A stretch of 64,000 nt of DNA from Candidatus Marinacidobacterium sp. (lineage in GTDB: Bacteria > Acidobacteriota > Vicinamibacteria > Marinacidobacterales > Marinacidobacteraceae): contig OZ242011.1 in the NCBI GenBank assembly GCA_965204755.1, positions 352,001-416,000 on the forward strand. The letters run 5' to 3'. Below, in pieces: positions 1-9,157 of this stretch. The notes beneath the pieces were generated by a model. The model saw only the letters and a list, made by a program, of their open reading frames with translations. It searched no databases and had not been told where the DNA came from. Positions within the stretch are counted from its first letter, which is position 1; every line of letters begins with the position of its first letter. The position numbers were made by a program, and so were the translations under genes.

Positions 1-205
1 GAGTTCCCGTCCGCCGGGAAGGGCCCCGTCCATGCCGCGGCGATGCTACCGGCCCGCGGGGAGGGCGCCCCGCCCCCGCTCCCGCTTGCCGACCGCGCCG
101 CGGAGGGGCGAACCGCCCGTTCGCGAGCCTTCCCGCCGGCGCCCCGCTCCCCCTTCCCGACCGCGGCGGCGCCTCTCCCGGTGGCGGGTACGCTCACCGC
201 CGCCC

Positions 206-958
206 GTGCCGACCCTCCACCTGCTGACGATCGGGCAGGCGCCGCGTGGGGACATCACGCCCGAAATCGCCGGGTGGATCGGCGATTGGCCCGGTCTCGA
301 AGTCCGCGAAGCCGGGGCGCTGGACGGCCTCTCGCGGGCGGAGATCGAGCGGGCCGGCCGCGCCGGGAACGCCGACGGCGGCCCGCCGCTCGTGTCCCGC
401 CTCCGGGACGGTTCGGAGGTCGTCGTCCCGGCCGGGTTCGTCGAGCCCCGCCTGCTGTGGCTGGCGGAGGCGGTTCCGCCGGGGGACCTCGGCGCGATCC
501 TCTGCACCGGGCGGTTCGAGGGCGCCCCAGCCCGGATCGTCCCCCGGATGGTCCGGGCGGACGCGGCGTTCGAGGAGGCGCTCGCACTCGCCGCCCCGCG
601 CGGGGCGGCCGTCGGCGTCCTCGTTCCCCACGAACGCCAACTCGGGGACGCCCTGAGCCGGGTCCCCCCGGGACGGCGCGCCCTCGCCGCCGCCTGGTCC
701 CCCTACGGGCCGGCGGAGACCCGGCGGGCCTCGCTGCTCGAAGTCGTCGAGCGGCGGTTCGCCGGCGCGGGGCTCATCGGGCTGAACTGCCTCGGCTACA
801 CCGGGGCGGACGCGCAGGCGGTCGAGGCCGCGACCGGGACGCCGGTAACGCTCGCGCGCCGGGCGCTGGCGGACGCCGTCCGCGCCCGCCTCGCGGAGGC
901 CGCGAACCCGCGCCGCGCCGGAATCCCCGACCGCCGCCGGGCGGCGGCGCTCCCCTGA
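206..958 (+). CDS. AroM-family protein
   Basis: LLTIGQAPRGDITPE, EAGALDGLS, LVSRLRDGSEV, LCTG, SPY and LNCLGYT match the AroM pattern. GTG at 206 preferred over the Arg/Pro-rich upstream extension. Confidence 0.75.
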   Translation: MPTLHLLTIGQAPRGDITPEIAGWIGDWPGLEVREAGALDGLSRAEIERAGRAGNADGGPPLVSRLRDGSEVVVPAGFVEPRLLWLAEAVPPGDLGAILCTGRFEGAPARIVPRMVRADAAFEEALALAAPRGAAVGVLVPHERQLGDALSRVPPGRRALAAAWSPYGPAETRRASLLEVVERRFAGAGLIGLNCLGYTGADAQAVEAATGTPVTLARRALADAVRARLAEAANPRRAGIPDRRRAAALP

Positions 959-2559
959 CCGGCCCCGGAGCGGCGCCCGCGCGGCGCCACCCCACGCTGT
1001 TCGAGTCGGGCGGGCTCGTCCTCCTCGCCGCCGCGGTCGCCCTGCTCGGCGCGGTCGTCGGCATGGAACTCCTCACCCGCGTGGGGATCACGCCCAACAG
1101 TTCCGTCATCGGCGCCGCGCTCGCCATCGCGGTGTCCCGGCTGCCGCTCGCCGCCGCCCGGCGCCTCCGCAGCCTCGAGCGGCAGAACCTGCTCCAGACG
1201 GTGATCTCCGCCGCCACCTTCGGCGGCGCTAACGCCGTGCTCCTCCCCGCCGGGGCGGTGTGGCTGTTCGGACGCCCCGACCTGGTCCCGGTGATGGTGC
1301 TCGGCGCGCTGGCCGGGGCGCTGGTGGACCTCCTGCTGCTGTTCCGCCTGTTCGGGAGCCGCCTCTTCCCCGCCGAGGGGCTTTGGCCGGCGGGCGTGGC
1401 CACCGCCGAGTGCCTGCGGGCCGGGGACGAGCGGGGGGCGCGCGCCCGGCTGCTCGGGCTCGGCGCGCTGCTCGGCGGGGGCGGCCGGCTGCTGGGGATC
1501 CCGACGGACATCGTGGGGATCTGCTGGATCGGGAACGAGGCGGCGCTCACCGCCTTCGGGCTGGGGCTGGTGCTCCGGGCGCACGCGCCGGACTGGTTCG
1601 GGGCGGACCTGGCCGCGCTCCATGCGCCCCACGGCGTGATGATCGGCGCGGGGGCGGTCGCGCTGTGGCAGATGGGCGCCGCGCTCCGCTCCCGGCGGCG
1701 GCCCGCCGGGGCGGCTCCGACGGAGGCGGACGGCGGCGCTCCGGCGGTCGGCCTGCCGGTGTTCGCCTGGGGATTCGCCGCGTTCGCGGCGGCCGCGGCG
1801 GCGGTCGCGGTCTTCGGCGGGCTCGCCGCCGGGATGGGCGCCCTCGGCGTCCTCGCCTTCGCGCTCTTCGCCGCGGCGGCGGCGCTGGTCTCGGAACTCC
1901 TGGTGGGGCTCTCGGCGATGCACGCCGGGTGGTTCCCCGCCTTCGCCACTTCGCTGATGTTCCTCCTCGTCGGGATGGCGCTCGGGTTCCCGCCGCTCGC
2001 GCTGGTGCTCCTCGCCGGGTTCGTCTCCGCCACCGGCCCGGCGTTCGCGGACCTGGGCTACGACCTCAAGGCCGGGTTCCTCCTGCGCGGCGAGGGGCGC
2101 GACCCGGCCCGGGAAGCGGAGGGCCGCCGGGCGCAGCGCAGCGCGGAAGTCTTCGGCCTGCTCGTCGCCTCGCTGCTCGTCCTGCTCACCTACGGGTGGT
2201 ACTTCGAGCGCGGGCTGTTCCCTCCCTACGACCGGGTGATCGTGGCGGTCGTCTCCGCCGGCCGGGAACCCGGCCTCGCGACCGCGCTCCTCGGCTGGGC
2301 GGTCCCGGGGGCGCTGCTCCAGGTCCTCGGCGGCCGGGGCCGGCAACTCGGCGTGCTCGCCGCCACCGGGCTGCTCATCCCCAGCGCGGCCGCCGGCTGG
2401 ACCGCGCTAGCCGCCCTCGCCGCGCGCCGGCTCCTCCGGCGGCGGTTCGAGGAGAGCGGCGGCGCCCGCCAGGTGCTGGCCGGAGGGCTCATCGCCGGCA
2501 GCGCGCTGGCCGGCTTCGCGGGCGGAGCGGCGGCCGGCTGGTTCCGGGGGCGGGGATGA
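955..2559 (+). CDS. OPT/YSL-family membrane transporter
   Basis: Highly hydrophobic. Motifs GITPNSSVIGA, RQNLLQTVISAATFGGAN, SAMHAGWFPAFA, GPAFADLGYDLKAG. Start uncertain (CTG overlapping the AroM stop). Confidence 0.75.
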   Translation: MTGPGAAPARRHPTLFESGGLVLLAAAVALLGAVVGMELLTRVGITPNSSVIGAALAIAVSRLPLAAARRLRSLERQNLLQTVISAATFGGANAVLLPAGAVWLFGRPDLVPVMVLGALAGALVDLLLLFRLFGSRLFPAEGLWPAGVATAECLRAGDERGARARLLGLGALLGGGGRLLGIPTDIVGICWIGNEAALTAFGLGLVLRAHAPDWFGADLAALHAPHGVMIGAGAVALWQMGAALRSRRRPAGAAPTEADGGAPAVGLPVFAWGFAAFAAAAAAVAVFGGLAAGMGALGVLAFALFAAAAALVSELLVGLSAMHAGWFPAFATSLMFLLVGMALGFPPLALVLLAGFVSATGPAFADLGYDLKAGFLLRGEGRDPAREAEGRRAQRSAEVFGLLVASLLVLLTYGWYFERGLFPPYDRVIVAVVSAGREPGLATALLGWAVPGALLQVLGGRGRQLGVLAATGLLIPSAAAGWTALAALAARRLLRRRFEESGGARQVLAGGLIAGSALAGFAGGAAAGWFRGRG

Positions 2560-2612
2560 CCCGCGGCGGGCCTTCGCCCCGGTCCCGGCGCTGCCGGTAC
2601 CTTTACGCGGCC

Positions 2613-4319
2613 ATGCGACGCGCGACCGACCGGCCCCGGTTCCCGCCGCCGCGTTCCGCGCTCGCCGCCCCCGCGCTCCTCCTCCTCGGCCTCGCCGCCT
2701 GCGGCCCCGGCGAACCCGCGGCCTCCCGGCCCAACATCCTCGTCCTGGTCGCGGACGACCTCGGCTACACCGACCTCGGCGCCTTCGGGGGTGAGATCCG
2801 CACCCCGAACCTGGACGCGCTCGCCGCCGAAGGGCTCCGCTTCTCGAGTTTCTACGCCGCCGCCACCTGCTCCCCCACCCGGGCGATGCTCCTCTCCGGG
2901 GTGGACCACCACCGCGCCGGCCTCGGCGGGATGGCCGGCCTCATGGGGGGTGACCTCGAAGGCCGGATCGGCTACGAGGGCTTCCTGAACGACCATGTGT
3001 TCCACCTGCCGGCGGTGCTCCGGGAGGCCGGCTACTTCACCGGGATCGCCGGGAAGTGGCACCTCGGCCAGGGGGAGGGAGAGAGTCCCCGCGCCCGGGG
3101 CTTCGACCGGAGTTTCGCGCTGCTCACCGGCGCGGCCAGCCACTTCGAGGACGCCGCGCCGGTGGACCGGCTGGACGACATCCGCTACCGGCGGGACGGC
3201 GAAGTCGTCCCCTCCCTGCCCCCCGGGTTCTACTCGACCCGCGCCTACACCGACGAACTCCTCGGCTACCTGGCGGAAGCGGACGCCGCCGGCAAGCCGT
3301 TCTTCCTGCTCGGGACCTACACCGCCCCGCACTGGCCGCTGCAGGTCCCCGACGAGCACCTCGACCTCTACGCCGGGGCCTACGACGACGGCTGGGACGA
3401 ACTGGCGCGGCGCCGGGTCGCCGGGGCGAAGCGCGCCGGCGTCCTGCCGCCGGAGGCGGAAGCGCCGGAGCGGCCCCGCTACGCCCGGGTCTTCGCCGAC
3501 CTCCCGGAGGAGGAGCGCCGCCGGGAGTCCCGGAAGATGGAGATCTACGCGGCGATGGTCGAGCGGCTCGACCACCACATCGGGCGGCTCCTCCGGGAGT
3601 TGGAAGCGCGCGGCCGGCGGGAGGACACGCTCATCCTGTTCTTCTCGGACAACGGCGGCGCCGGGGAGGATGTGACCGGGATCCCCGGGAACGAGACCTT
3701 CCTCGCGGAAACCTTCGACTCTTCCTACGGGGAGATGGGGCGCATCGGCTCGTTCGCCTGGCTCGGCCCGGAGTGGGCGCACGCGCAGACCGCCCCCTTC
3801 CGCTACTTCAAGCAGTTCAACCACGAAGGCGGCATCCGGGTCCCCGGTTTCGCGGTCGCCCCGCCGGCGTGGGCCGGGACCCGCCCCGGCGCGGTGAGCG
3901 GGTCGTTCGCGCAGGTGACCGACCTGTTCCCCACCTTCCTCGAACTCGCCGGGGCGGAACTCCCGCCGCCGGACGGGGCCGATACCCGCGCCCGCCCCAC
4001 CGGGGTCTCGCTCCTCCCGCTGCTGACCGGCGAAGCGGAGGCGGTCCGCCCGGAGCCGACCGCCGGCTGGGAACTCTTCGGACGCCGGGCGTTCCGCCGG
4101 GGGCGGTTCAAGATCGTCTGGCTGGCGCCGCCGCTCGGGAGCGGCGAGTGGGCGCTCTACGACCTCGAAGCGGACCCCGGGGAGCAGACCGACCTCGCGG
4201 CCGAGCGGCCCGGGGTCCTCGCCGACCTGCTCGCCGGCTGGGAGCGGTATGTCGAGGAGAACGGGGTGATCGTCGTGGAGGACGACCGGGCGTTCGGCCC
4301 GCCGCCGATCCTCCGCTGA
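2613..4319 (+). CDS. atsA: Arylsulfatase (lipoprotein)
   Basis: Lipobox LAAC, PNILVLVADDLG, formylglycine motif CSPTR, GKWHLG, SDNG. Alternative ATG at 2556. Confidence 0.9.
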   Translation: MRRATDRPRFPPPRSALAAPALLLLGLAACGPGEPAASRPNILVLVADDLGYTDLGAFGGEIRTPNLDALAAEGLRFSSFYAAATCSPTRAMLLSGVDHHRAGLGGMAGLMGGDLEGRIGYEGFLNDHVFHLPAVLREAGYFTGIAGKWHLGQGEGESPRARGFDRSFALLTGAASHFEDAAPVDRLDDIRYRRDGEVVPSLPPGFYSTRAYTDELLGYLAEADAAGKPFFLLGTYTAPHWPLQVPDEHLDLYAGAYDDGWDELARRRVAGAKRAGVLPPEAEAPERPRYARVFADLPEEERRRESRKMEIYAAMVERLDHHIGRLLRELEARGRREDTLILFFSDNGGAGEDVTGIPGNETFLAETFDSSYGEMGRIGSFAWLGPEWAHAQTAPFRYFKQFNHEGGIRVPGFAVAPPAWAGTRPGAVSGSFAQVTDLFPTFLELAGAELPPPDGADTRARPTGVSLLPLLTGEAEAVRPEPTAGWELFGRRAFRRGRFKIVWLAPPLGSGEWALYDLEADPGEQTDLAAERPGVLADLLAGWERYVEENGVIVVEDDRAFGPPPILR

Positions 4320-4341
4320 CCGCCGCCCGCCGGGGGACCGG

Positions 4342-5811
4342 CTACTCGAGGAAACCGGACGCGCCCAGTTTCCGGGCGAGGGCGACCGACCAGGACGGGC
4401 GGCCGAGGGGCGCGGCGGACTCGGGGCGGTCCCGGACGAGGAACCGGCCGCTGCCGGGCTCGGCGCAGGGCGCCCCGTCCCGCGCCACGACTTCCCCCCG
4501 GCGGAGGACGACCTCCGGGTAGCCGCGGAGGCGCCGCCCCTCGTAGGGCGTGTAGCCCACCCGGTCGTGGAGGTCGGCCCAGCGCACCACCACTTCGCGG
4601 TCGGGGTCCCAGACCGCGAGGTCGGCGTCGCTTCCCGGGGCGATCGTCCCCTTCCGGGGGTAGAGCCCGAACAGCCGCGCCGGGTTCTCGCAGGCGACCG
4701 CCACCAGCCGCTGCAGCGAGATCCGTCCCGCGCCGACGCCTTCGGTGTAGAGCAGCGGCAGGCGGAGTTCCACGCCGGGGACGCCGTTGCAGATCTTCGA
4801 GAACGGCGGCCGGGGCCCCGCCGCCAACTTCCCCCGCTCGTCGAAGGAGTAGGGGGCGTGGTCCGAACTCACCACATCGAAGACCCCGTCGCGGATCCCC
4901 TCCCAGAGCGCCTGCTGGGCGTCCTCGTCCCGGGGGGAGGGGCTGCAGCACCACTTCGCGCCTTCCATCCCCGGCCGGTCGAGGTCTTCCGCGGTGAGGA
5001 GCAGGTACTGCGGGCAGGTCTCGGCGAAGACCTTGAGCCCGCGCCCCTGCGCGGCGGCGATTTCCGCGGCCGCCTCCCGCGAGGAGACATGGACCACATA
5101 GAGCGGGGCGTCGGTGAGTTCGGCGAGGTCGATCGCCCGCCCGGTGGCTTCCTTCTCCGCGAGGAGCGGGTGGCTGGCGGCGTGGTACTTCGGCGCGGTG
5201 TACCCGGCGGTCTCCAGCCGGTTCGAGAGCCAGGAGATCATCTCGTGGTTCTCGGCGTGGACCATCGTGAGCGCCCGCCGCCGCCGGGCCGCTTCGAGCA
5301 CATCGAGGAACTGGGCGTCGTCGAGGCGCACCAGGTCGTAGGTCATGTAGATCTTGAAGGAGGTCACGCCCTCCGCCACCAGCCGGGGGATCTCGAGTTC
5401 GAGGGCGTGGGGCGTCGGGTCGGTGACGATGAGGTGGAACCCGTAGTCGGAGACCGCCTTCGGGCGGGCCGCCCGGTGGTAGGCGGCGACGACCTCCGCC
5501 GGGGACTCGCCCCGCCCCTGGACGGCGAAGGAGAGGACGGTGGTGGTCCCGCCGCAGACCGCCGAAGTGGTGCCCGACCGGTAGTCGTCGGCGCACATCA
5601 GCCCCATCGAGGAGCGCTGCTCGATGTGGGTGTGGGCATCCACCCCTCCCGGCAGGACGAGTTTCCCGGCGGCGTCGATCTCTTCCTTCCCCGGCGGGAG
5701 GCCCGGCGCGACGGCGGCGATCTTCCCGCCGACGATTCCCACATCCGCCTCGCGGACTTCGGCGGCGGTGGCCACCCGGCCCCCGCGCGCGACCAGGTCG
5801 AATTCGGCCAT
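4342..5811 (-). CDS. hydA: Dihydropyrimidinase / hydantoinase
   Basis: PGGVDAHTH, GGTTT, SFKIYMTY, VHAEN, ETCPQYL, SSDHAPY, PGVELRLPL. Confidence 0.92.
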   Translation of the reverse strand: MAEFDLVARGGRVATAAEVREADVGIVGGKIAAVAPGLPPGKEEIDAAGKLVLPGGVDAHTHIEQRSSMGLMCADDYRSGTTSAVCGGTTTVLSFAVQGRGESPAEVVAAYHRAARPKAVSDYGFHLIVTDPTPHALELEIPRLVAEGVTSFKIYMTYDLVRLDDAQFLDVLEAARRRRALTMVHAENHEMISWLSNRLETAGYTAPKYHAASHPLLAEKEATGRAIDLAELTDAPLYVVHVSSREAAAEIAAAQGRGLKVFAETCPQYLLLTAEDLDRPGMEGAKWCCSPSPRDEDAQQALWEGIRDGVFDVVSSDHAPYSFDERGKLAAGPRPPFSKICNGVPGVELRLPLLYTEGVGAGRISLQRLVAVACENPARLFGLYPRKGTIAPGSDADLAVWDPDREVVVRWADLHDRVGYTPYEGRRLRGYPEVVLRRGEVVARDGAPCAEPGSGRFLVRDRPESAAPLGRPSWSVALARKLGASGFLE

Positions 5812-5818
5812 GCGCCCG

Positions 5819-5824
5819 ATGATA
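5819..5824 (-). promoter_or_regulatory. -10 hexamer TATCAT, 7 nt before the hydA ATG (leaderless-type)
   Basis: Minus strand reads TATCAT-CGGGCGC-ATG, with no SD. Confidence 0.5.
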
Positions 5825-5892
5825 TTCCGGCGAACGGCCCGCCCGGGCCTTCCGCGGCTCGAGACGCCGCCGGTCACGCCCGGTCGGCGGGC

Positions 5893-6243
5893 GAATTGTG
5901 TATAGCTCGCCAGCCGAATTGTGTATAGGCGGCGAGCGAATTGTGTATAGGCGGCGAGGAATTGTGTATAGCTCGCCGGGGAATTGTGTATAGCTCGCCG
6001 GGGCGGCGGCGCGCCCCGCGCCACCCGTCGGTTCCGTCGGCCGGGAGCCCCCGGAATGCGCCTCGGAGGGCTCGGAGGGGCGTATATGGCGCACGGAAGG
6101 GGCGCCGGAGGCCGCCCGCGGGCGGGGATGCATCGAGTCCGGCCGCTCCCGGATCCGGCCCGGAGGGGCCGAATTGTGTATAGCTGCCCGGAATTGTGTA
6201 TAGCTCCGGGGAATTGTGTATAGCTCCGGGGAATTGTGTATAG
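5893..6243 (+). repeat. Nine exact direct copies of GAATTGTGTATAG in two blocks (5+4)
   Basis: Copies start at 5893, 5916, 5938, 5959, 5981 and at 6171, 6191, 6211, 6231. Confidence 0.97.
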
Positions 6244-6399
6244 CTGAGCCGGATCGCAGCCGGAGGTTGCCCCGCTTTCGTGGACGGGTCGTAGTTCGGG
6301 TTCTGCTGTCGAGTGACACCGACTTTTACGCAGTTGGGGGACACGAACCCTTACGCGCCCGGGGCCGGCGGGGAGTCCCGGCGCCGGGGGGAGTCCGGC

Positions 6400-6894
6400 T
6401 CAGTCCGCGAGGGGTGAGATCGAGCCGAGCATGAAGCCGGAGACCGCGCCGTGGCGCCAGGTTCCGGCATAGCGGTCGCCGTGGAACAGGATCGTGGCCC
6501 CGAAGTCCTCGCCGACGCCGGGGAGGTCGGCGTCCACCAGGTGGATCATCGGGACTTCCCCGGCCCAGAGGACCGGCACGACGACCGGGACGGTGAGGTC
6601 GAGGCCGCCATAGACGATCCGGGCGTCGAACCGCCAGCGGTCGCCGTCCAGTTTGCGGACGCCGGCGATCTCGTAGCGGTCCTCGGAGAAGCCCTCCCGC
6701 CGCTCCGGGGCCTCCACGGTGAACCGCCCGTCGAGGACGACGCCGCGCATCCGCTCGGTGAAGGCCCGCTCCCGCTCGGAGAGCGAGGCCGGGGGCGCCG
6801 TCCGGCCGCCCCCGACCGCCGACCAGAGCCAGCCGGCGCCGAAAGCGGCCGCGAGCAGCGCGGCCGCGGCGATGGCGATCAGTACCCTGCGCAT
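6400..6894 (-). CDS. Hypothetical membrane-anchored or secreted beta-rich protein
   Basis: N-terminal hydrophobic helix MRRVLIAIAAAALL and a globular C-terminus ending YAGTWRHGAVSGFMLG. Confidence 0.7.
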   Translation of the reverse strand: MRRVLIAIAAAALLAAAFGAGWLWSAVGGGRTAPPASLSERERAFTERMRGVVLDGRFTVEAPERREGFSEDRYEIAGVRKLDGDRWRFDARIVYGGLDLTVPVVVPVLWAGEVPMIHLVDADLPGVGEDFGATILFHGDRYAGTWRHGAVSGFMLGSISPLAD

Positions 6895-6934
6895 GGAAAC
6901 GAGTCCTCCCGGAAACGGGCGAAAGTAGCAGCAG

Positions 6935-6990
6935 CCCCCGTTTCCCCCCCGTTTCCCCCCTGTTTCCCTCCCGTTTCCGCCGGTTTCCTC
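6935..6990 (+). repeat. Degenerate ~11-bp tandem repeat with core GTTTCC
   Basis: About five units of the form cc-GTTTCC-ccc between divergent genes. Confidence 0.7.
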
Positions 6991-7014
6991 CCGCCTCGTC
7001 CTCTTCGTCCCCCG

Positions 7015-8244
7015 TTGACCGGCCCGTTCACGCCCCCGACGGAGGCGGAAGCCGCCGAGGCGCGGGAGCACCTTCGCCGGGCGGAGGGCGCGGCGCTCGC
7101 CTCGCGGCGGATCCCGGAGGGCGCCGAAGGGCGCGAAGTGGATTCCGCGGCGGTCGTCGGGTTCGGCGTGATGGGGCGCGGGATCGCCCTCTCCTTCGCC
7201 GGGGCCGGCATCCCGGCGGCGGTGTTCGAGCCCTCCGACGCGGCCTGGGCCGCCGGCGTCCGCGCCGTGGAAGGGACGCTCGCCCGGGCGGCGGCGAAGG
7301 GGCGGATCGGGGAAGCGGACGCCGCGGCCCGCCGCCGGCGGATCCGGCGGGCGGAGCGGATGGAGGACCTCTCCGGGGCGGACTTCTTGGTGGAGGCGGT
7401 GTTCGAGGACTACGAGGCGAAGGCCCGCGTCTTCCGGGAGTTGGACCGGGTCGCCCCGCCGGGCGCGGTCCTCGCGACGAACACCTCGTCGCTCGATGTG
7501 GACCGGCTGGCCGCCGCGACGAAGCGGCCCGAAGCGGTGCTGGGAACCCACTTCTTCAGCCCGGCGCAGGTGATGCGGCTCCTCGAAGTGGTCATCGCCG
7601 ACCGGACTTCCGGGGAGACCGCCGCCACCGCGATGCGGCTCGGGCGCCGGCTGGGGAAGGCTCCGGTGCCGGTCGGCGTCGCCGACGGGTTCGTGGGCAA
7701 CCGGATGCTCTACGCCTACCGCCGCGAGGCGGACCGGCTGCTGCTCGAAGGCTCGCTCCCCGAAGAGGCGGACCGGGCGCTCCGCGAGTTCGGGTTCGCC
7801 ATGGGCCCCTACGAGGTCGCGGACCTGGCCGGGCTCGACATCGGCGCCGCGGTGCGGAAGCGGCAGTCGGAGGAAGCGCGGCGCCGGGGCCTCCCCGCCC
7901 CGCCGCCCGCCGTGGCCGACCGCCTGGTGGAGCAGGGCCGGCTGGGCCAGAAGACCGGGCGCGGCTTCTACCGCTACGCCCCCGGCGACCGGACGCCCCG
8001 CCCCGACCCGTCGGTCCGGGTGGTCATCGGCTCCTCCTCGACGACGGCGGGGTACCGGCGCCGTCGGGTCTCCGCGGAGGAGATCCGCCGGCGGTGCCTC
8101 GCCGCCCTGGTCCGCGAGGGGGAAGCGGTGCTGGAGGCGGGGATCGCCGAACGCCCCGGCGATGTGGATGTGATCTGGACGCTGGGCTACGGCTTCCCGG
8201 CGGACCGGGGCGGCCCGATGTACTGGGCCGGCATTCGGGATTGA
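7015..8244 (+). CDS. 3-hydroxyacyl-CoA dehydrogenase (no hydratase domain)
   Basis: GFGVMGRGIA Rossmann motif, VEAVFED, ATNTSSL, GTHFFSPAQVM, GFVGNRM, GRLGQKTGRGFY, GYGFP..RGGP. Start (TTG 7015) uncertain. Confidence 0.88.
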   Translation: MTGPFTPPTEAEAAEAREHLRRAEGAALASRRIPEGAEGREVDSAAVVGFGVMGRGIALSFAGAGIPAAVFEPSDAAWAAGVRAVEGTLARAAAKGRIGEADAAARRRRIRRAERMEDLSGADFLVEAVFEDYEAKARVFRELDRVAPPGAVLATNTSSLDVDRLAAATKRPEAVLGTHFFSPAQVMRLLEVVIADRTSGETAATAMRLGRRLGKAPVPVGVADGFVGNRMLYAYRREADRLLLEGSLPEEADRALREFGFAMGPYEVADLAGLDIGAAVRKRQSEEARRRGLPAPPPAVADRLVEQGRLGQKTGRGFYRYAPGDRTPRPDPSVRVVIGSSSTTAGYRRRRVSAEEIRRRCLAALVREGEAVLEAGIAERPGDVDVIWTLGYGFPADRGGPMYWAGIRD

Positions 8245-8296
8245 TCGGGCGGGACTGATGGGGCGGGATTGATCGGGCGGGACTGACCGGGACTGG
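8237..8296 (+). repeat. 14-bp tandem repeat x4 (GGGAYTGATSGGGC)
   Basis: gggattgatcgggc gggactgatggggc gggattgatcgggc gggactgaccggga. Confidence 0.85.
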
Positions 8297-8326
8297 AGAC
8301 AGGGGGCCGCCCGCCCGCCGGGGCCG

Positions 8327-9157
8327 CTACGGCGGCGGGGCGAGGAAGTCGGCGAGCGTCCACCAGTTCGCCTCGGTCCGCCCCCGGGCGCCGTCGCCCG
8401 GCCCGAACGCCAGGGCCAGGTCGTAGGGGACGCCCTCGTAGTCCCGGATCTCGGCGGTGAGGAAGAGGGCCGGCTCGGCGGCCGGGAGTTCGGCGCAGCG
8501 GCCGCCGGAGAACGCCGCCGCGTAGAGGGAGGCGGCCCGCGCCGGGTCGCCGGCGAGCGCCGCCTCGACCACCGCCGCCGCGTCCTCCGGGTCGGAGCAG
8601 CCGGCCGCCGGAACCTCCTCGAGCGCGCCGGCGAGGCTCGTCGAGCCGTCGGCGAAGACGACCCGCTCGCCGGGGGCGAACCGCGCGAACACCCGGTGCT
8701 CCGCCTCCGCCGGCAACGCCGGGACCCGGATGTCCACCGGGACGCCCCCGACGCTGAGGCTGCCTCCGGAGGAGAACGCCAACTCCCCTTCCGGGACGCT
8801 GATCCCGTCGCCGTCGTAGTCCCCCCGGCGGATCGAGTAGCGGAACTCCAGCCGCTCTCCCGAGGTCTCCGCCAGCGACGCCGCGAGGCGCGAGAGCCCG
8901 AGGTCGAAGCGGAGGGACACCTCGCCGGAGGCCTCCACCGGCAACCCGCTGGTGAGCCAGACGCCGATCGAGACCTCCTCCCCGGCCAGGTAGGTCCGGC
9001 CGGTCGCCGGCTGCGAGACGACCTCGATCCGCGCGATCCCGGCGGCGGCGTCCGGCCGGGGCGCGGTCGGCGAGTCCGCCCCCTCCCCCCCGCAGCCGGC
9101 GAGCGCCGCCGCGCCCGCCCCGGCGAGGAGCCCGGCGAGAAGGGCGCGCCGCGTCAT
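8327..9157 (-). CDS. Putative Tat lipoprotein with an Ig-like beta-sandwich module
   Basis: TRRALL twin-arginine motif and LAGC lipobox. Segment TYLAGEEVSI...LEFRYSIRRGDYDGDGISV. Confidence 0.7.
   Translation of the reverse strand: MTRRALLAGLLAGAGAAALAGCGGEGADSPTAPRPDAAAGIARIEVVSQPATGRTYLAGEEVSIGVWLTSGLPVEASGEVSLRFDLGLSRLAASLAETSGERLEFRYSIRRGDYDGDGISVPEGELAFSSGGSLSVGGVPVDIRVPALPAEAEHRVFARFAPGERVVFADGSTSLAGALEEVPAAGCSDPEDAAAVVEAALAGDPARAASLYAAAFSGGRCAELPAAEPALFLTAEIRDYEGVPYDLALAFGPGDGARGRTEANWWTLADFLAPPP

Noticed and set aside
32-205. Long Arg/Pro-rich N-terminal extensions in the ORF track (also for atsA, hydA, maeB, NCS2, mscS)
   Set aside because: These are open frames caused by high GC. 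Family motifs begin at downstream starts.
5893-5900. lac operator-like GAATTGTG, or vector contamination
   Set aside because: Only a half-site matches and there is no other vector sequence.
5893-6243. CRISPR or TIGR-type guide array
   Set aside because: Linkers are only 7-10 nt and repeat each other, and no cas or Nop-domain gene is in the window.
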